Assembly: GCA_943914425.1 (NCBI GenBank)
Contig: CALUBZ010000002.1
Coordinates: 3,200-67,199 of the forward strand
Reading direction: 5' to 3'
Origin: an uncultured Streptococcus sp.
GTDB lineage: Bacteria; Bacillota; Bacilli; Lactobacillales; Streptococcaceae
DNA: 64,000 nt
The position numbers were made by a program, and so were the translations under genes. Under the pieces are notes generated by a model, which saw only the letters and a list, made by a program, of their open reading frames with translations, had not been told where the DNA came from and searched no databases. Positions 59,357 to 64,000 of this stretch are shown here, piece by piece (the stretch's first letter is position 1; every line of letters starts with the position of its first letter).

Positions 59357-59848
59357 ATGTCACAACAAGAAGAAATGAAAAACCTTAGCCTCCTCGGCAA
59401 CAAAGAAACCAACTACATTTTTGACTATCAACCAGAAGTCCTCGAATCCTTTGACAACCGTCATGTGGAAAATGACTATTTCATCAAATTCAACTGCCCT
59501 GAATTTACCTCACTGTGCCCTATTACTGCTCAGCCAGACTTTGCGACCATTTATATTTCCTACATTCCCGACAAGCTCTGTGTCGAGTCAAAATCCCTCA
59601 AACTCTACCTCTTTAGCTACCGAAATCATGGGGATTTCCACGAAAACTGTATCAACACCATCGGGAAAGACTTGGTCAACTTGCTAGACCCTCGCTATTT
59701 AGAAGTCTGGGGAAAATTCACTCCGCGTGGTGGCATTTCAATCGACCCCTACTACAACTACGGTAAGCCTGGAACTAAGTATGAAGGATTGGCAGAACAA
59801 CGCCTCTTCCAACACGACCTCTATCCAGAGAAAATTGACAACCGTTAA
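59357..59848 (+). CDS. queF: preQ0 reductase (unimodular QueF)
   Basis: [24 protein letters not shown] motifs. Confidence 0.97.
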   Translation: MSQQEEMKNLSLLGNKETNYIFDYQPEVLESFDNRHVENDYFIKFNCPEFTSLCPITAQPDFATIYISYIPDKLCVESKSLKLYLFSYRNHGDFHENCINTIGKDLVNLLDPRYLEVWGKFTPRGGISIDPYYNYGKPGTKYEGLAEQRLFQHDLYPEKIDNR

Positions 59849-59953
59849 TACTCTTCGAAAATCAAATTCAAACCGCGTCAACGTCGCCTTGCCGTACTCA
59901 AGTACAGCCTGCGGCTAGTTTCCTAGTTTGCCCTTTGATTTTCATTGAGTATA
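59846..59953 (+). repeat. BOX element (boxA+boxC, no boxB)
   Basis: TAATACTCTTCGAAAATC...CCTGCGGCTAGTTTCCTAGTTTGCCCTTTGATTTTCATTGAGTATA. Confidence 0.95.
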
Positions 59954-59962
59954 AACAGATAA

Positions 59963-60002
59963 GAAAAAGCCCTGTTCCTCAAATCGAGGAGCAAGGCTTT
60001 TT
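59963..60002. terminator. Bidirectional terminator between queF and the aquaporin gene
   Basis: AAAAAGCC...TCCTC-AAATC-GAGGA...GGCTTTTT. Confidence 0.75.
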
Positions 60003-60011
60003 GAGTTTCAA

Positions 60012-60680
60012 TTATTCTTCTGTTCCAAGGAAGTTTTTAGCAACAAGGGCTGCTAGAACTCCACCAACGATTGGGGCAAGGATGAAAATCCATACTTGTT
60101 GAAGGGCTGCACCACCTACCAAGACAGCTGGTGCCAAGCTACGAGCTGGGTTAACTGAAAGACCAGTGATGTTCAAGCCCACAAGGATCATGGCCATCAA
60201 GGACAAACCGATGACCAAACCAGCAATCGCGCCATTTCCCTTGCTTTCTGAAGTCACGGTCATGATAACTAGGACAAACAAGAAAGTTGCGATCACTTCA
60301 AACAAGAATCCACCAAAGACAGTGACACCGCTTGCCAAGGCATTTTCACCAAGACTAGTAGTTGACATACCTGAATTTGCCAAGAGGAAGAAGATAGCGC
60401 CAGAAGCGATGAAAGCTCCAACAACTTGTCCAAGGATGTAATTGACAAGGTCTTTTGATGACAAACGTTTGTTTACAAACATAGCAATCGAAACCGCTGG
60501 GTTCAAGTGAGCACCTGTAATAGTTCCGATTGAGTAAGCAGCAACCACGATTGCTAAACCAAAGGCAAAGGCAATCCCTAGGTGACCTAGACCATCAAGA
60601 CCATTTCCAAAAACAACAGCTCCTGTTCCGATGAACACAAGCATGAACGTACCGATTAACTCAGCGACAAATTTTTTCAT
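60012..60680 (-). CDS. Aquaporin (AqpZ-like MIP)
   Basis: Two NPA motifs (HLNPAVS, SVNPARS). Confidence 0.95.
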   Translation of the reverse strand: MKKFVAELIGTFMLVFIGTGAVVFGNGLDGLGHLGIAFAFGLAIVVAAYSIGTITGAHLNPAVSIAMFVNKRLSSKDLVNYILGQVVGAFIASGAIFFLLANSGMSTTSLGENALASGVTVFGGFLFEVIATFLFVLVIMTVTSESKGNGAIAGLVIGLSLMAMILVGLNITGLSVNPARSLAPAVLVGGAALQQVWIFILAPIVGGVLAALVAKNFLGTEE

Positions 60681-60934
60681 TTTTTTCTCCTTTTTTCAAA
60701 AACTAGATACTAGTCTATCAAAAGAAGGAAAGGGTTTCAAGAAAATTGATTGGAAATTTTCAGGCTAGAATCCTGTAAAAACGGTAGTTTTTATTTGAAA
60801 CATTTTTTTCAAAGGTATATAATGTCAATATAGTTCTAATGAGTTATTTATTCCCTAATTGGAACTAATTTTTACAACTTTGCTGTTCTTTTATGAACGT
60901 TTGAATGGTATCGTGGATACCAAGGAGGAATCAT

Positions 60935-61699
60935 ATGTCTAAAGTTGCTATTGTCACAGGTGCAGGTCAAGGAATCGGTTTTGCAATCGCAAAACGATTG
61001 GTTCAAGATGGCTTTAAGGTAGGAGTCTTAGACTACAATCCCGAAACAGCTGAAAAAGCTGTTGCCGAATTATCAGCTGAAAATGCCTTTGCTGTCGTGG
61101 CCGATGTTTCGAAACAGGCCGAAGTTGCACAAGCATTTCAAAAGGTTGTTGACCATTTTGGTGATTTGAATGTTGTCGTAAATAACGCTGGTGTTGCTCC
61201 CACTACTCCTCTTGATACAATTACTGAGGAACAATTTACACGCACTTTCGGTATCAACGTTGGTGGTGTCATTTGGGGTTCACAAGCTGCACAAGCGCAA
61301 TTTAAAGCACTTGGCCACGGAGGTAAAATTATCAACGCAACCTCTCAAGCCGGTGTAGTGGGCAATCCAAACTTGACTGTTTATGGTGGTACAAAATTCG
61401 CTGTTCGTGGTATTACTCAAACATTGGCGCGTGATTTAGCAGACTCAGGCATCACTGTTAACGCCTACGCACCAGGTATTGTGAAAACACCAATGATGTA
61501 CGACATCGCTCATGAAGTTGGTAAAAATGCAGGAAAAGATGACGAATGGGGTATGCAGACATTTGCAAAAGATATTACCCTAAAACGTCTATCTGAACCA
61601 GAAGATGTGGCTGCTGCTGTCAGCTTCCTTGCAGGACCAGATTCAAACTACATTACAGGACAAACCATTATCGTTGATGGTGGTATGCAATTCCATTAA
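60935..61699 (+). CDS. butA: Acetoin (diacetyl) reductase / 2,3-butanediol dehydrogenase, SDR family
   Basis: [25 protein letters not shown] motifs; AGGAGG RBS. Confidence 0.88.
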   Translation: MSKVAIVTGAGQGIGFAIAKRLVQDGFKVGVLDYNPETAEKAVAELSAENAFAVVADVSKQAEVAQAFQKVVDHFGDLNVVVNNAGVAPTTPLDTITEEQFTRTFGINVGGVIWGSQAAQAQFKALGHGGKIINATSQAGVVGNPNLTVYGGTKFAVRGITQTLARDLADSGITVNAYAPGIVKTPMMYDIAHEVGKNAGKDDEWGMQTFAKDITLKRLSEPEDVAAAVSFLAGPDSNYITGQTIIVDGGMQFH

Positions 61700-61806
61700 G
61701 ATACACAAAAAGAGGTTGGAAAATGATTCAACCTCTTTTATTAGTTTTCATTATTAGTTAGGAGGATACAATAGAAACTCTTTCAAAAAGTAATATTAGC
61801 TAATCC

Positions 61807-62598
61807 CTAGTATTGAAAAGACTGGATGGCTTCTTTCAAGTCATCTTGTAAACTATTTCTCTGGTCAAGTTGGACATAGACTTCCAACAGACAGGATCTG
61901 AAGTTGGAAAATTTATAAAAATCTTCCCTTTCTTCTATCGGAAATTCAACAGCTTTTATCCAAGAAGCTACTTGCTCTTGCTCCAACTTCCCTTGTAAAA
62001 TAGGTTCATAGATTACTCTTGCTAAACGCCAATCCTCATCATCTGTAAAACGAATGGACATTCTTTTAAATAGTTGGCCAAGTATCTCAAATACTTCATG
62101 AACTCTGGTTTTAGGAAAGTCTGGATGACAAACCACCTCTGTCAGTAAATCGGCTCCATGTGCAAAAGCATGAACCCAACCATACTGACTTGAAAAACCT
62201 GTTGTATCCTTTTCTTTTGAAAGATAGTACAACCCTTGATTTAAAAGGACATTACGAATTTCTGCTTTTAATCCCTGATAAAAAATCGATTGCTGGTTGG
62301 CATCTGCAGACAAGAGATTTGCATAAATAAGCGCCCTAAAAGAACGTTCAAGGGTTGACAGACCTACCTTATCAATCTCTTTATCTAGTCCTCCATCAGC
62401 TGATACCACCTCAGCAATGAACTGAAATTGTTCGTGTGTAAATAGCTCTTCCTGAATCCCTCTAGCAAAGCTTGTAAAAACAAGATCATCGCGAATTTCT
62501 GGAGAAGGATCTCCCAAATGATCAAGCAGCCACTGGATTTCCTCCTGATGATAACTTGGTTTTTCTTCTGCTATTTTTCTAAGTAACTCTTGATACAT
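61807..62598 (-). CDS. DUF2785-family protein
   Basis: GWVHAFAHGAD motif; start adjusted to MYQELL with GAGG RBS. Confidence 0.82.
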   Translation of the reverse strand: MYQELLRKIAEEKPSYHQEEIQWLLDHLGDPSPEIRDDLVFTSFARGIQEELFTHEQFQFIAEVVSADGGLDKEIDKVGLSTLERSFRALIYANLLSADANQQSIFYQGLKAEIRNVLLNQGLYYLSKEKDTTGFSSQYGWVHAFAHGADLLTEVVCHPDFPKTRVHEVFEILGQLFKRMSIRFTDDEDWRLARVIYEPILQGKLEQEQVASWIKAVEFPIEEREDFYKFSNFRSCLLEVYVQLDQRNSLQDDLKEAIQSFQY

Positions 62599-62609
62599 GG
62601 TCAATACCT

Positions 62610-62942
62610 CTACATTTCTAGCAACTTGATATAATCTAGACCCCATTTCTCGACAGCATCTAAAACAACTCTGAATTCCTGCCCCATTTCAGTTAAGCTG
62701 TACTCAACTCGTGGTGGAACTTCGGCATAGACCTTTCGTTGAACAATCTTATCCTTTTCTAATTGACGGAGATGACGGGTCAAAATAGTTTGAGTAATCC
62801 CAGGCAATAATCTCTGCAATTCTTTAAATCGTTTGGTACCCGTACTCAACTGATAAATGATTACCAGTGCCCATTTCCCCGTTAAAACCCTCTGCGTTGT
62901 CGCAAATGGACAAATACCATACTCACTCACTTTATTTGTCAT
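62610..62942 (-). CDS. HxlR/DUF24-family winged-helix regulator
   Basis: N-terminal CP, GKWALVI, KRFKEL, VPPRVEYSLT motifs. Confidence 0.92.
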   Translation of the reverse strand: MTNKVSEYGICPFATTQRVLTGKWALVIIYQLSTGTKRFKELQRLLPGITQTILTRHLRQLEKDKIVQRKVYAEVPPRVEYSLTEMGQEFRVVLDAVEKWGLDYIKLLEM

Positions 62943-62994
62943 AAAATATCTTCTTTCTATTTTTTTTAAAAATTTATCTTTTAGTATCAATAAA

Positions 62995-63012
62995 AGTACC
63001 ATATTTGGTACT
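62995..63012. promoter_or_regulatory. Putative HxlR-family operator
   Basis: Perfect inverted repeat AGTACCA-TATT-TGGTACT between divergent genes. Confidence 0.65.
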
Positions 63013-63091
63013 AGCTATCAAAAAAGTGTCTACTTGTTTTTTTGTTTGTAACTGTTACAATTATATCATAAAAAAGAAATGGAGAATAGAT

Positions 63092-63481
63092 ATGTCAACA
63101 AACTTAGAAATTTTCAACGCTTATAACCAAGCTTTAATTGCTGGTGACTTTCCTGGTGTCTTTGAAACGATGGCAGACAATATTATCTGGCATCAACCTG
63201 GTACTCATAGTATATCTGGTACAGTTGTTGGTAAGGACAAGCTAGGACCTCACTTGGCTACATTTGCTGAGAAAACTAATGGAACCTTTAAGGTGGTAAC
63301 AAATTGGGTTTCTGTCAATGAGGATTTAATCGCAGCCAATGTTACTTTTCTTGGAACACGTGCTGATGGTACTGAACTCAATATGAACGGGATTGACCTC
63401 TTCCGTATTGAAGACGGAAAAATCAAAGAAGTTTGGCTCTTCTCTTCAGATCAAACTGAAGAAGATAGCTTTTGGGGATAA
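63092..63481 (+). CDS. SnoaL/NTF2-like protein
   Basis: MADNIIWHQPG and FRIEDGKIKEVW motifs; GGAG RBS. Confidence 0.85.
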   Translation: MSTNLEIFNAYNQALIAGDFPGVFETMADNIIWHQPGTHSISGTVVGKDKLGPHLATFAEKTNGTFKVVTNWVSVNEDLIAANVTFLGTRADGTELNMNGIDLFRIEDGKIKEVWLFSSDQTEEDSFWG

Positions 63482-63484
63482 TTT

Positions 63485-63644
63485 AAGAGGCCAGGACAAA
63501 AAATTTTGATTTTAGGAATTCTTTATTATAAAATTTTAAAATCGATAGATTAGAAAAAAAGCGAACAAGACAGAATTCTGAGTTTCAGATAGCTCGTTTT
63601 GTTCGCTTTTTATATTTAAGGTTAAACTTTTGTCCCAGACTCTT
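63485..63644. mobile_element. MITE-like ~160-bp element with terminal inverted repeats
   Basis: AAGAGGCCAGGACAAAA / TTTTGTCCCAGACTCTT (14 of 17 complementary); internal hairpin at 63556-63611. Confidence 0.6.
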
Positions 63645-63649
63645 TTAAT

Positions 63650-64000
63650 TTACTCTCCCAACTGGGCACTGTAGGCGATGATCTGATCAACTGTGTCAGA
63701 CAAGAATTGGATGGTATCACGGAGTGGTTTATCTGTAGAGATATCTGCTCCGATAATCATAGCTGACTCAAGCGGTGTCTTGCTACCACCTGATTTAAGG
63801 AGTTTGAGCCAGTCTTCAGCTCCGGTTTCAGAGTTTTTAAGATGAAGGTAACCCGCAGTCGAGATGACTAGTCCTGCTGAGTAAGTGTAACTATACAAGC
63901 CCATGTAGTAGTGGGCTTGGCGCATCCAAGTCAAAGCTGCATCATCATCAATCTCAATGGCATCTCCCCAAAAATCTGTCAAAACTTCCTTCATAATGCT
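63650..64000 (-). CDS. pepF: Oligoendopeptidase F family (M3B), C-terminal part
   Basis: WMRQAHYYMGLYSYTYS and LKSGGS motifs; truncated by window edge. Confidence 0.88.
   Translation of the reverse strand, partial: SIMKEVLTDFWGDAIEIDDDAALTWMRQAHYYMGLYSYTYSAGLVISTAGYLHLKNSETGAEDWLKLLKSGGSKTPLESAMIIGADISTDKPLRDTIQFLSDTVDQIIAYSAQLGE

Noticed and set aside
57534..59848. queCDEF as a 7-deazaguanine DNA-modification (dpd) defence system
   Set aside because: No dpdA/tgt-like or dpdB-K genes nearby; queF and the preQ1 riboswitch point to tRNA queuosine synthesis

Overview
Chromosomal window from a mitis-group Streptococcus (oralis/mitis/infantis-like), largely syntenic with the pneumococcal gpmA-pepF interval. 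Core content: gpmA, ileS with a T-box leader, the division cluster (ftsA-ftsZ-ylmE-sepF-ylmG-ylmH-divIVA), murF/ddl/recR/pbp2b, a compact sialic-acid locus (nanR, nanK, lyase, satABC, nanE, NanA sialidase, axe1), recG-alr-acpS, two DAHP synthases, secA, der, nrdR-dnaB-dnaI, a YtrA/ABC operon, lrgAB, marR-DUF4649-trxA, queCDEF, an aquaporin, acetoin reductase and pepF. Accessory content: an IgA1-protease-type Zmp with 18 stalk repeats, a nucleotidyltransferase, tandem paralogous membrane proteins and an HxlR/SnoaL pair. No prophage, integrase, transposase, CRISPR array, rRNA or tRNA was seen, and no large novel multi-gene system is evident. The best signals are small and absent from the ORF track: a CiaR-box-driven, separately terminated 20-aa ORF upstream of axe1; a preQ1-I riboswitch variant with terminator and antiterminator before queC; three boxB-less BOX elements that each begin at a TAA stop; and paired candidate operators for MarR, HxlR and NanR. 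All calls come from reading the sequence and recalled family knowledge; no searches were run.
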